A DNA stretch of 64,000 nt. It comes from Dipteris shenzhenensis (lineage: Eukaryota). Of this stretch, positions 12,401-24,499 are shown piece by piece (positions within the stretch are counted from its first letter, which is position 1; each line of letters opens with the position of its first letter). The notes under the pieces are model-generated. The model was not told the origin of the DNA, searched no databases, and saw only the letters and a program-made list of their open reading frames with translations. Location: assembly GCA_047967505.1 (NCBI GenBank), contig CM106538.1; one strand, written 5' to 3'. The position numbers were made by a program, and so were the translations under genes.

Positions 12401-15298
12401 TATGCTGTTTGGGTTATGTACCGCATTTGAGTTTCTCTGATTTTGAATTTTGTGAGCACTGTCTCTATGGGAAGCAGACTAAATCAGCCCATAAAAGAAG
12501 GGGAAAGAAAGAGTTTGAAATGCTTGATTTGGTGCATTCAGACGTATGTGGTCCCATGCCTACACGGTCATTAGGCGGGGCTGAATACTATGTGACATTC
12601 ATTGATGATGCAACTAGGAAAGTGTGGGCTTATGCTATAGCTCGAAAGAGTGATGTGTTCCAAGTATTTCAGAAATGGCTGGCCTTGGTTGAGAATCAGT
12701 CAGGTAGAATGCTTAAATGCCTACGGACTGACAATGGTGGAGAGTATCTCTCTCATGACTTTCAGCATTTCTGTGATACTCGTGGGATTAAGAGGGAGCT
12801 TACATCCCCTCGTACTCCAGAGCAAAATCCAGTTGCAGAAAAGATGAACCGTACCATTCAAGAAAGGTTGCAATGCATGCTTTCCAATGCAAGTATTTCT
12901 AGTGGTTTTTGGGCTGAGGCAATGAAGACTGCAGTGCATGTGATCAATAGATCACCTAGTAAGAGTTTGGATGGTGGTATTCCTGAAGAGGCATGGAGTG
13001 GCAAGAAGCCCTCTTACTCTCATTTGCGTATATTTGGGTGTGAGGCATATGCACATGTGCCAAAAGAGCTTCGAAAGAAGCTAGATCCTAAGTCTAGGAA
13101 ATGCATCTTTCTGGGTTATGGTGAAAGTGGAGAGATGGGCTATCGTCTCTGGGATCCAGAAGCAAAGAAGATCATACGCAGCCATGATGTGGTCTTCAAT
13201 GAGAAAAAGATGCATAAGGCACCCATGAGGGATGTGGAAATGAGAAAAATAACTTTCCAGGATGTGAATCCACCTACATATGTTGATAGACAGCAAGCTG
13301 TCCATGCACCAAATGTGCAAGAAATGGTACCACCAAGTACTCCTACAGGTATACAATCAAGGGTAGATGATGGATCATCTATTGGTGGAAATGATGAGCC
13401 AAATGTGGCTGATATGCAAGTGGGACAGCAAGCTGAAATGCCATTGAGAAGATCATCTAGAGTGTCTAGACCGCCTGATAGGTTTGTTCCAGGGGTAGAC
13501 TATGTGATGCTTACTGATTGCGGGGAGCCTTCTTGCTACAAAGAGGCTATGATGCGTGAGGATCAACGCAAGTGGGAGTATGCTATGCAATCAGAGATGA
13601 GTTCACTTATGAAGAATAAGACTTGGGACTTGGTTTCTTTACCACATGGAAAGAAAGCATTGCCATGTAAATGGGTCTACAAAATGAAGGTCACAGGTGA
13701 TGATGTGCTTAGGTACAAGGCCCGTTTGGTTGCTAAAGGGTTCAAGCAAGAGAAGGGTGTGGACTTTGATGAGATATTCTCTCCAGTTGTGAAAATGACC
13801 ACACTTAGATGCATGCTTGGACTAGTGGCATCAGAGGATATGGAGCTTATGCAAATGGATGTCAAGACAGCTTTCTTGCATGGGGATTTGCATGAGGAAA
13901 TTTACATGGTGCAGCCGGAAGGCTTTGAAGAAAAGGGCAAAGAGCATTTAGTTTGCAAGCTAAAGAAGAGTCTCTATGGTCTTAAGCAAGCACCTAGAGA
14001 ATGGTATCAGAAGTTTGATGCTTTCATTCGGTCCCAGGGTTTTAGAAGGAGTGAAATCGATCACTGCCTCTACACTAAAAGGGCTAAGGATAGTAGCCTA
14101 ATAATCCTGGCACTATATGTGGATGATATGCTATTGGCTAGCAAGAATACTTATGAGCTAGATGCATTAAAGGCCAAGTTGCATGAGGCCTTTGATATGA
14201 AGGATTTGGGATTTGCAGGTCATATTCTTGGTATGCGCATCACGCGTGATCGGAGTAGGAAACTCCTTTGGCTTTCACAAAAAGAGTATGTTACAAAAGT
14301 ATTGCAGCGTTTCAATATGGAGGGGGGGAAGGCAGTGAGTACTCCATTGCCTCCATATGTGAAACTGAGTCATACAGATAGTCCCAAATCAGATGAGGAG
14401 AGGACCATGATGGCCAAGGTTCCTTATGCATCAGCAGTTGGGAGTCTTATGTATGCTATGATAGCTACTAGACCAGATATTGCATTTGCAGTGGGAGTTG
14501 TTAGCAGGTATATGGCTAATCCAGGAAAGAGGCATTGGGAGGCAGTTAAGTGCATCATGAGGTACATGAAGGGTACCAAGGAGATGTGCATTTGCTTTGG
14601 TAAAGGAGACATGTGTGTACTTGGGTACACAGATTCAGACTATGCAAGGCATGTGGATAGTAGGAGATCCACTTCTGGTTATGTGTTCACCTTTGCAGGT
14701 GGTGCAGTGTCGTGGATGTCTCGCGCACAGAAGTGCGTTGCTTTGTCTACCACAGAGGCTGAGTATGTTGCAGCCACAGAGGGTTGCAAGGAGGCTATAT
14801 GGCTTGATCGGCTAGTGGGAGATTTGGGGATTCATACAGGTGTACCGACATTGCATAGTGATTCCATGAGTGCTATTCAGCTAGCACGGAATCCGGTCTT
14901 TCATGCAAAGACCAAACACATTGAGGTCAGGTACCATTTCATTAGGGAGGTACTTGAGGATAAGCGCATAGAGCTTGTCAAGGTTCATACAGATGATAAC
15001 CCTGCAGATATGCTGACGAAGAGTCTACCTAGTCAGCGGTTTGAGTATTGTCGTGTATTGATGGGCATTGGATAGTATGCTCACTAGTTATTCTCCCTTA
15101 AAGGCACATTGTCCTTTAAGTGGGAGGTTGTGGGGGTTAAAGGTCACTGTGCCTTGACCCCGGTTATGTACAATACTCAAACACATATATAAATGAATGA
15201 AAAAGAAGATTAGGGTGGTTCTGCACCCACCAAACTTGTGTGGCTCTCTGTCTCTCTCTCTCCTTCTTCCGTTCTTGCTTCCGTTGAGAGCACTCTCA
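9413..15298 (+). mobile_element. Intact Ty1/copia LTR retrotransposon (Tnt1/Tork-like)
   Basis: LTRs 9413-9582 and 15129-15298 (170 bp, TG..CA, 1 mismatch). PBS TGGTATCAGAGC at 9585-9596, PPT-like TAAGTGGGAGG before the 3' LTR. CAAG flanks both sides. Confidence 0.97.
11011..15075 (+). CDS. Copia gag-pol polyprotein (gag, CCHC, protease, integrase, RT, RNase H), uninterrupted
   Basis: CYHCGKKGHMKKDC, WILDSGAS, WHCRLGH..CEHC, VHSDVCGP/RTDNGGEY, KARLVAKGF, LYVDDML, KHIEVRYHF. First ATG at 11011. Confidence 0.97.
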   Translation: MASSSMSEKEFFSIKKFDGTNFSLWKEQIRDVLIQKKQIKPLAGIEAKPADMSEDDWNELDALAKSTIRLHLAESVYFTVVNEQTTEDLWKKLCATYEKETASNKVYLMKRLFELQMKEGVSIASHLNEFNIIFSQLQAQKMNFDAETKAIFLLCSLPSSWDTFRTAVSNSAPGGVLKFDDVVGSLLAEEIRRKSMDGNKQDVALNVQRGRSQFRGKSQERVKSRSKSRARNIKCYHCGKKGHMKKDCYKLKREQKDKKKNANWGANQKEESPREDKGKEKIEEINAVTRDSDNDVLFMSSLSAELLTTSDDAYSQDWILDSGASFHVTPHREWFSTYDSGKTGCVHLGNDYACDIVGAGDIKFSFANGSAFVLKHVRHVPKLTKSLISVGQLDDAGFHTTFNFQSWKIQKGSMLLARGAKCGTLYPLHVSGVFDHVVAITEQPSTSLWHCRLGHMSQNGMKLLCCLGYVPHLSFSDFEFCEHCLYGKQTKSAHKRRGKKEFEMLDLVHSDVCGPMPTRSLGGAEYYVTFIDDATRKVWAYAIARKSDVFQVFQKWLALVENQSGRMLKCLRTDNGGEYLSHDFQHFCDTRGIKRELTSPRTPEQNPVAEKMNRTIQERLQCMLSNASISSGFWAEAMKTAVHVINRSPSKSLDGGIPEEAWSGKKPSYSHLRIFGCEAYAHVPKELRKKLDPKSRKCIFLGYGESGEMGYRLWDPEAKKIIRSHDVVFNEKKMHKAPMRDVEMRKITFQDVNPPTYVDRQQAVHAPNVQEMVPPSTPTGIQSRVDDGSSIGGNDEPNVADMQVGQQAEMPLRRSSRVSRPPDRFVPGVDYVMLTDCGEPSCYKEAMMREDQRKWEYAMQSEMSSLMKNKTWDLVSLPHGKKALPCKWVYKMKVTGDDVLRYKARLVAKGFKQEKGVDFDEIFSPVVKMTTLRCMLGLVASEDMELMQMDVKTAFLHGDLHEEIYMVQPEGFEEKGKEHLVCKLKKSLYGLKQAPREWYQKFDAFIRSQGFRRSEIDHCLYTKRAKDSSLIILALYVDDMLLASKNTYELDALKAKLHEAFDMKDLGFAGHILGMRITRDRSRKLLWLSQKEYVTKVLQRFNMEGGKAVSTPLPPYVKLSHTDSPKSDEERTMMAKVPYASAVGSLMYAMIATRPDIAFAVGVVSRYMANPGKRHWEAVKCIMRYMKGTKEMCICFGKGDMCVLGYTDSDYARHVDSRRSTSGYVFTFAGGAVSWMSRAQKCVALSTTEAEYVAATEGCKEAIWLDRLVGDLGIHTGVPTLHSDSMSAIQLARNPVFHAKTKHIEVRYHFIREVLEDKRIELVKVHTDDNPADMLTKSLPSQRFEYCRVLMGIG

Positions 15299-15470
15299 CA
15301 AGGACTATGGATACTATGAAAGAGAAATATGCTCCATCGTCTCGATGCAGGGGAAAGCACTTAGGAGGGCCTTCAAAAACATACATGGCACCAACGTTGG
15401 AATATCCATGTGGGGTGCATGATGAATTGTATGCCATTCATCTTGTCTTGTAATAATAATAATAGAAGCA

Positions 15471-15650
15471 AACCACTGCGCTGGTGGCAGTTATATTCCT
15501 AGCGTGCAACCAACCACCGTGCTAGCGACCAACCACCGCGTTGGTGGTAGTTAAGTTAATATCCTCGTAATAATAGAAGCAAACCACCGCGTTGGTGCCA
15601 ATTAATACCCTAGTCCACAACCAACCTCCGAGTTGCAACAAACCAGTGCT
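15471..15650. repeat. Cluster of AACCACCGCG(TT)GGTGGT hairpin-like repeats, possibly subterminal repeats of a DNA element
   Basis: Copies at ~15471, 15512, 15531 and 15582. Confidence 0.6.
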
Positions 15651-15794
15651 ATTATACTAGAAGCTATTATACTAGAACAAATTGCATTGATGCAAAGTGT
15701 TATCCTAAAACAAATACATTGCCCAAGTAAGATCTAGAGAAAATTAATAATTCAATAGATTACATATGGATTACATCTCAAAGACTCCTTTCCT

Positions 15795-17850
15795 TCAAGG
15801 GTTGTTTCCATATTGCTTTGAGCAGGTTGCCTTTTTTAGCTCCCTGATTGCAGGCTTGGCCCTCCTTGCTCCTTTCCTGAAGGGGGTGGTTCCTTCCTTC
15901 AGGGGCCCAGCCCCTCCCTTCATGTTGCTTCCTATTTCCGTGCTTTCAGCTTCCTGGGTGCAGGCTTTGCCCTTCTTGCTCCTTTCCTGAAGGGGGCTGG
16001 CTCCTCCCTTCAAGCTCCTTTTTCTCGTAGGTAGGCTCGGACTTGGCCTTCTTCAATTCAAGCTCCCTATCTTTTGTATCTTTTACCCAAATGGCAAATT
16101 GAGTTGTAGCACCTACTCTCTCATCATAGATAGCTATAGCAGGCAGGCACATTTGATCTATCCATGACCTAGGCAATGGAAATTGACATTCTATACATAG
16201 AGATCTTGCATGCACAAAAACCCCAAAGCAAAAAACATGCATAGGATGGTAGCATGCAGGCCCAGATCATGAAGTCATCTATGATGGGGGTATGATAGAC
16301 CATGCATTTTGGACCCTACTGCATAGCAAGATAGGCATCTGATTTAACTATTGTGGTCGTCATTACAATAGTCTTCCTCTGTACATGATGAAATTGCTTC
16401 TTGATTGCTTCCTCCCTCATTCTAAGGCTGCGGATGTTCTCCTTCATCTCCTCCACTCTTTGCTCACTACACGCAACAACTTCATCTGATACACTTAGCA
16501 TCTCTTGAAGCTGCGTACATTGCTCAAAAACATCAACATGGGCCATTTCCAAGACTTCCACTAGCTTTTGAAAGCCACTGCAAGCTCGTGCACAACCCTA
16601 TCGTAATCTTGTTGCAGGGTCTTGTAGCTTACTCTTTGAGCTTCCATCAATGTTTCTAGATAACAACCCCCACTGTGGCTACTGCAACTTGCTCCATCGT
16701 GGCTGCTCTCTGCATCCTTCCTAGCCTTAAATCTCTTTCGCAGCTCCTGCATCACCGCTTTGGTTTCTACATTCTCCCTTTTTCGTTTATTGCGTTCTTC
16801 ATGTTGCAGAACCATTTGTAAAGAGCCTCCTTTTTGGCTCTCTCATCTTCAAGCTCCTTTTTTTCATTGCTAGCTGCTTGTCCGCAATGTCTGCATCACT
16901 TCTAACATGTTCAAGCCTATATTGGAGCTCCTTGATGTGCTTCTTTACTTCTCCTCTTCTATGCCTTTCCATGTCGATCATTTTTGCAACGGCCTTAGCT
17001 TACTCTCTTACCTGAAAGACCCTCGCTTTTGCCTCCTCTACCTTGGCTTCTGCACCCTCCCTAAAAACTTTCTCAAGTTGCATTGCCTTTGCTACATTGG
17101 TGGCTTTCTCTTGTAAAAAAGTCACCTTTTGAGACATCTTCTTATCGTATTGCTCAAAAATCCCTTTGAGGGCAGATGTCATCAGGTGCATTGCAACTCC
17201 ATCGGACTGAGATGACAATTTGGATTTTCCATCCACGCAATTCTTCAGGTTGGTTATCACACTCTTGGAGATCACCCTTGAGAAAGAGACATCATGTCCT
17301 TTCAGTTGCTCTACTGTTGCTTGAACCTGCTAGAACTTCACAGTTCCTCTCATATCAGGAAAGAAGTGCATTGTCTTCTTTAGCACATCTTGGAGGTCTG
17401 TTGGCAAGCTAGAAAGCTTGACTCCACCATCTTTACTAATCTGATCGTTGGGGTATACATCTAGAATATCATGTCTCTTCCACTGCTTCTCAAAGAAGTA
17501 TGCTTGCAAATTGCCTCCAGGAATGCCTACTGCATTTTCAATCATGCTTTCAGTGATGGCAATCTTCTGACCTTAACAAACTATTTGTCCCTCCTTCAAG
17601 TTCACCTCCTGTACCAACCTAGTGAAGTTGCTGAGAGCATCCAAATTGGGATTTTGAAGAGCGAGTGAGGAGCTCCCAGATGTCACAATTTCAAGATTAG
17701 GGGAGGAGAGGCTCTCACACTGTGCTGCAGAGGGGAGAAAAGATTGTGTGAGGAGCTCCCAAACTGTGCAGAGGGGGAGGAAAGATCGTGTGAGGAGCTT
17801 TCAAACTGTGCAGACACATTTTGGAGCTCGGTGTGTCCAAGGGAATCCAT
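15795..17850 (-). pseudogene. Fragmented transposon-accessory-type gene with N-terminal domain, long coiled coil and K/G-rich tail
   Basis: A chain of same-strand ORF fragments (17545-17330, 17275-17000, 16981-16799, 16815-16316, 16242-15795). GQKIAITESMIENAVGIPGG resembles plant TE accessory domains. E/K-rich heptads follow. Confidence 0.45.
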
Positions 17851-18199
17851 TAGGAAAGGTGATAGAAGTTGTAGTAAGAGTGCAAGGGAGAAAGAAACGG
17901 TTGAGAGCGATAGAAGATGAAACAGTAAAGGAAATGAAATAGTGGAGGATTTAGTTTGCAGTCCGGAGTGCAAGGGAGAAAGAAACGGTTGAGAGGGATA
18001 GAAGATGAAACAATGAAGGGAAGGGAATTGTGGAGGCTTAAGTTTGTAGCCTGACTACAAGGAATTGTCAAGGTGAGAGCCACCGCGATGTTTGGCTCAA
18101 ATTTTTATTAGTTCAAGGCGGTAGTACTACCTTTTGGTAATGAGTAATTAGAGGTGATCAGGCTTCATGATTTATGCCTATGGTAATTACTCCCATTCC

Positions 18200-18720
18200 T
18201 TCAAATAAACATGTCTTACCTTTCGAATTGTCCTTTAAAACTTGTCTTTTTGTTTCGTATAACATTATCTCTCAATGTGCCCTTCACGACCACAGTAATG
18301 ACACTCGCGACTAGCTGATCTTTTGTTTGATGGCCGCTTTTTATGTTTAGCTATGTATGAAGTGTCTCCAAAATTTTGTAGTAGATCATCGCGCCTTTCT
18401 TCACTGAGAAGAAGACCCACACAATCAAGGTAATCAACATCTTCATCCAATCATAATACCTAAGCCGTTTCATTGTACTTGCGTAAACTAGTTATAGGAC
18501 TAGCTACCTTAGAGGAGATAATCCACAAAGCCAATATAAAGCCCTGCCAAAAAATTCCCAATTAGTTCTCGAATGGTGTCAGACCCTATGGAACCTATCA
18601 TCAGCATTCATGTCACACATACCAACACCTGTTCCATTCTTTGATAGAGGGCATATTCACTCTTGTTGAGTCACTTAGCAATTTGGGTTCCTGATTCAGG
18701 ACAGTTGCACCAATGAAAAT
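18200..18720 (-). pseudogene. Copia gag remnant
   Basis: LDEDVDYLDCVGLLLSEERR ... CHYCGREGHIER zinc knuckle. Confidence 0.55.
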
Positions 18721-20445
18721 TAATAAACATTCTAGTAAAGCCTCTAAATGAATCGTTAAGTACATCTAAAAGAAAAGCAAAAAGGTGAAAACTAGTCTAC
18801 TATTATAGTGAATGCAAGTATAAGTTTCTTAAGTGAAATACTATACAAGAGGTGGTCATACTTAAAGATTAATAAGCAAGAATTCTTCTCGAAAGAATAA
18901 TTAAAGAGCCAAGAATTTAAGAGCCTAAATGATATTAGTTAAATGAAAAATCAAGAAAATGGATTAGAAGACTAACGTCCTAAGAAGGTTTTTTTATAAA
19001 AAGAATAAAGAAAAAGGCTTTAAAGAGTCCATCTTGTCATCCTTAAGTATGGCAACCACAAGAAACCAATTGTTAAAAGATTATGGAGATGCTACCCTGA
19101 CCGGTGACACTATGCATAATGCAGCTAGGCATTATGCCCCAAGAAGACACACAAGAACCTTCCAAGGCACAAGGGATTGAGTTCTTATTTCCCATCCCCA
19201 TGATCTCTACTATCAACCACAAAACCTATCCAAAATTGGATAGATCCATAAGAACCACCTAAGTGGAGTGAATATCTCATAGCACATGATGACATTTCAT
19301 TAACCTTGATGCCACCAAGTCCAGAGGTCCACAAAGGGCTACCGTCCATGGGTTTCGGTGAAGACAAGGCAGACACGAAGAATCAACACGGAGTTTTGAG
19401 TTCCACAGGCACGGCCTGCTCTTCACTGAAATGAGTGCCAATGCTTGCAAGCTCATGCTCAGACATGAGCTAAAAAGATCTACTCATTCTCTCACCTTGC
19501 ATGCAAAATCCAAATCTTCAAGGGGATAGCTCTATCGACTATCATAAAGACCCCTTTTTTGGGCACATGTCCAATATCCCCATTATAGAGCTCATTAATG
19601 AAAAGGTCCATGTACTGGTTCCTTTATCTTGCGTATCACAGACCCAATCGGATCTCAAGTCTTATACTAAAGAACCATGCAAAGTACCCACACTATATTT
19701 GCCTTATAAGTCAAAATTCATCAATAAGCTACTATAAGCGTAGGAGTTTGTCTTGACGGTCTCACATGGGATAATTACACTAATCCATGGTTGAAGCTTG
19801 AGTATCTATGTCCATCTAAAAGGATACACCAAGGTGTTTACATTAGGGACAAAAGTCTAAAGTGGTCTTTCGATGGCCTAAAGCATGGATGAATCCAAAT
19901 GTATAAAGATCCATAGGTAGACTCATCCCTTACTAATCATCCTTTAGTTAACCTCATCCCTTATCCTCATCGATAGTTGGAATACCATACTATTGAGAAC
20001 ATAGGAATTATCATCATCCCTTATCATCATGATGGGTATCGTCCACCTGTCTTCCACTACTCCCTTCACTATCCAAGGACACCATCATGCTAGCGTACTG
20101 AAGTACAAAGTATTATAGGTAAGGTCATCCACTACATTTAATATAGATGAGGTGGTCCAAGGGATCCCTTGGGAGCATTCATAGTTTTAATCCATATAAA
20201 TTACCTAACATGTGGTAGAATAAACTGCAGTTATAACTATGCGCCCTAGGTAAGGCCCACAAGTTACCAATTATCGTAGTAATGTACCATGTATTGTATA
20301 AATCAAAGTAATGGAAGGCTGACCACACTCTTTTCCATGTTTTTCTTTCTATGATTTCCCACTTTCATGATCCAATATGATTTCCTACTATCATGGTCCA
20401 TCAGTATGTTGACAAGCCTGAACCACACAAGGGTCCCCAAAGGGA

Positions 20446-20472
20446 TGTGTGTGTGTGTGTGTGTGTGTGTGT
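20446..20472. repeat. (GT)n microsatellite
   Basis: Direct reading. Confidence 0.9.
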
Positions 20473-21055
20473 AAAGTACACACACTTATATGCCTAGTAA
20501 GGCATTTACAAGGATATTTAATAATCGGTGTCACTACTGATAGTATCAATTTAGTTGAATTGGCTCCCAAGCATTGATGACACCTACTCTTGGCAATGAT
20601 TATGTCCATATGTCTAAGGCTACAACTGGCTTGCAATGGCATAAGGATTATAGTGAATTCATGTTGTAATGCATGAAGAATGCGACGAAAATAATAGCGT
20701 ATCCATTATGCATTCATGCAAGATAAATGAGACCTTAGATAAAGCAACTTGTTGAATGACAACTTGATGATAAATAGCTCCTTCCATAACTATGTTAATC
20801 CTATTATTCTAATTACATATACTTAGTTCGTGAGGTTGGTCATGTGTTGTGATACTCACTAGTGATGTTGAGTCGTTTGAAATGTACTATGGGATTTTGG
20901 ATCATGGGGGTGTTGTTTGAGAGGTGTTTAGCCTCACCCCTCGTGAGAACACGTGGCGATGAAGACCCCTATACTTGGTCCATTGTATGCTAATGTGTAC
21001 CCCCTTTGCTCCAACAAAAGCCAAAGATAACAATCTTCTTGGATCCAAAGGTTAG

Positions 21056-21193
21056 TGTTGTAGAAGTTTCATAGTAACTTGGAAGCCAAGCCTTTGGCAC
21101 TAAGTGTGTTGCTTCATACACTTGTTGTAGAAGTTTCATAATAACTTGGAAGCCAAGCCTTTGGCACTAAGTGTGTTGCTTCATACACTTGTT
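21056..21193. repeat. 67-bp tandem duplication
   Basis: TGTTGTAGAAGTTTCATA..CATACAC at 21056 and 21123, 1 mismatch. Confidence 0.9.
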
Positions 21194-21790
21194 ATTCTCT
21201 TCGACAGGCTTTTGTAACCTCATGCACACTAATTTTTTGACACATTGTTGTGAGCAATTACAACCCTAAGATTTCTATTGGAATTGTCACCTCCAAAAAT
21301 TTGCTCAAGGTTTCAACACCCAAAAACATGTCTTAAGCCATCAATACCATTCAAAGAAACACATAGAGAGCATATAGTTCCATTGTGTTACGATTGTGGT
21401 CATAGCTTTAATTGAAACTTTGGATTCAATGACACGTACGTAGGTTTTTCGTTCAAAATACTTTTTGCGACACCCAAAGTGCTTGTGTCACAAATGTATT
21501 CCATCAACCAATGGCAAAGCTAATCCAACATCCCACAAGTCATCACATCAAGAGCTACCATTGCAATTTGAAGAGTCATTGGATCCCACAAGTCATCACA
21601 TCAAGAGCTTCCATTGCAATTTGAAGAGTCGATCCATGCCACAAAAAGATGTGTTCAACTCACAACCAATCACATCCAACAAGTGCATCGTGAATTGCAC
21701 ACCTTGTTCAACCAGTCCGATAATCGCACGACCCACAAATTAATTTGCCGAGGGGACAACCACCACCATGAGCAACTAAGCTCTAGAGCA

Positions 21791-22194
21791 ACTTTGATAC
21801 CAATTGTTGGATCAAATGGGATACAAGGGTAAAGCACTCATAGAACCACCACAATGCAAAGGGACCCACACCCTTCCCCATGAACAAGCCCAGAGCATTC
21901 CAAAGTCCTCAAGGGGCATTGCTCTAATGCCTACACACACCGTCTTGCATACCACTCATTTTATACTCTAACACACCCCATTACAACAATGTATATGAGA
22001 CAACTAATCCCCCTATATTGCCACATGCCAAAATCTTTCGAGTAGTATATTTTAGACGGTCCAGCGTCGACAATGGGTACATTGCCACTATGATAACAAC
22101 ATAGAGCCACTGCCAACTTTTGTATCACTCATGCAGTATGTATAGTGCGATACGTCATCATCACGAGGGGGGGGGAGGGGGGGGGGGGCCAACA
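21791..22194 (-). mobile_element. 5' LTR (21805-22194) and PBS of an old minus-strand LTR retrotransposon
   Basis: TGTTGG...CCAACA terminal inverted ends. Adjacent ACTTTGATACCA is the reverse complement of a PBS (TGGTATCAAAGT). Confidence 0.6.
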
Positions 22195-22971
22195 CCTCTT
22201 CCATCAACTTCTACACTAAAAGTTCTAGCGAGCTCTCATGATTAAATATACCCATTTAAAAAAAAGTGTTCAAAAGAAAGAGAGCTACAATACATAGTAT
22301 AAAGAAATCAATGAACAAATAGAAGCAAACGTTATGATAGTTAGTTTGTAGTGTTTCGTCTTGAAGATCATAAATATTGACTCTTATCACGTCATAGATG
22401 AACTGGGCAATCACTTGATAAATAGTCATATGACTAGTAACATTGCTTCCTATACAATGATGTGCACGTATGATTACAATTTAGGATTCCATAAGAGTTA
22501 GTGCACTTTTTCAAATTTTCATAAAAATTCTTTAAAGTAGATTAAATAGATTTGTGAAGTCAACAAAAGTCGCCTCTTTAATCATTGAAAAACTTCATAA
22601 CATATTTGTGGAAAGCTATATCAAAAGTGAATTATGAGTAATGTTGGAGGTACAATGCAAATCAATACACTGAACTTCAAGAAAGCTAATCACTCAGAAG
22701 TGATACTTGAGCCTGTCATCACATTCCACGAGTCCCAGCAATTACCAAAGCAATATTTAAACCGCATTAATAACCCCCTCCCCCCCAAGAAAAAGAGAAC
22801 CAAAAAATAAATATGCACAACAAAACACAGAATGCAAAATATATGATTGTTTTGGATTGTTGGGGGAAGTCAGAGAGAAATGATAATGATGATGATGATG
22901 ATAAGAAGCTTTAACACAAGCCAGGGCCTCTCCCAACAGCAGCAAGGGGAGAAAAAAAGAGAATGAGAGAA

Positions 22972-22977
<6 letters not shown>

Positions 22978-23014
<37 letters not shown>
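22978..23014. repeat. (GA)n microsatellite
   Basis: Direct reading. Confidence 0.9.
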
Positions 23015-23017
<3 letters not shown>

Positions 23018-24499
23018 GACAAATAAAATGAGTTCAATTCATGCATACTCACACATATCTTGTGTCACACAGCCCCTAGGTACAGCTTGGTCCAAAGTTT
23101 TAGAGAACCCTTTGGAAAGCACTACATAGATATATATAAAACCAGGAATCTTAGAACTGGGCTACAAGGAAAAAGTATAGGGGAAGAGGGCCCAAAGGAA
23201 ATAAGGATGAAAAGATTGTGAGATGAAGATCAGGCCTGATGCTTGCTGAAATAGTCACGAACCAAAAGAAGAGAAGGTTTGAAAACAACGGTGCAGAAAA
23301 ATAAATTTATTGAGTTGAACCAGTCAAAGTACCCAATGACAAGCCTTGTTATGTAGTGAATGTTCAAAAGAAGACTCGATTCCATAAACTCAGAAATATG
23401 GTACAAAATTGGCCTCCTCAACTACAAGTAGTCAGTATTTTGAAATTCAAGAATGAAGACCAACACTCTGGCTGCATGTTCGTATTGGTACCGCCGCAAT
23501 AAATGCATACACGATATCCTCATGTCATCGTACTTTAATCGGAAAATATATAATCAGCATTGCAAAGAACCAGAATAACAATGACTTATCAAAAGATAAG
23601 GAATAAGATTTGAAACTTTGAGCGCACATGGACAAAGACATGCACTTCAGCCTTGACATGTGACTCAGCGAAGGTAACCACTGTTCAAGTTTTAAAAATG
23701 AGATTCTTGATTTAAGGGGGATCTTACATGCAGCCACTGCTTCTTTTCATCTTCCCCACTGACATCATAAGTTATTTGTTCGCTCCAGGTATGAGAACTG
23801 AACTGACATTCTGCCTACCGATCTGGAATAAGATGACAAAACTGAAAGAATAATGCCACGTGAAAATTCCAATGGCAATGGTGAACTCTCCATCATCCTG
23901 AAAATGGTCAGTCAGATGAAATGCTGAGGACTTCACAGAAATGCTTGAAACCTGAGTAAAGTATCATAACAGCACACAACAGATCCACATATAGTAACAA
24001 ACTAACTGTGTAAATTGCTCATAGTGGTATAAACTTCCAATGCACAATCAGAAGGGGGACAAGATGGAAGATCAAACTACTTTAACATGCCTCCCAATAT
24101 AATGCCCATTTGATCCATGTGCCTTCCTTTGCATAGCAAGGCAACAAAAAAGGTTGGCCCGTTGACATTTACAGCAGCTAGCTTCACAGATTTCGTCAAT
24201 GCAACAACAAAGAAGCCTTGAATAGTGACAGATCGACAGGAGAACACATTTTCCTTGCAGTGAAAAGGCTCTATTTCTCATTAGAAAAAGGTTCTATTTA
24301 TCTTTCTTATTAGAAAAGTAATACGATGCCAAAAGAAAATAGTATGGTAAAACAAACATGCTAGCTACAGGAAGAGCAACGTGAAAGGTATCACACAAAA
24401 TAATGCTATGTGCACTGCCCGTACAACAAAAAATTTAGCTCGGTCAGTCAATTGCTGAGCCTGATGGTCTCTGTAAGGTGCCCTATGAGAATGTAAACT

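Noticed and set aside
22650-22722. C/D box snoRNA on the minus strand (GTGATGA...CTGA)
   Set aside because: The CTGA is only ~20 nt from the C box, with no terminal D box or closing stem at the expected distance.
23766-23897. Minus-strand short ORF MMESSPLPLEFSRG... as a conserved uORF (SAMDC-like)
   Set aside because: Only the first four residues resemble it, and there is no downstream main ORF.
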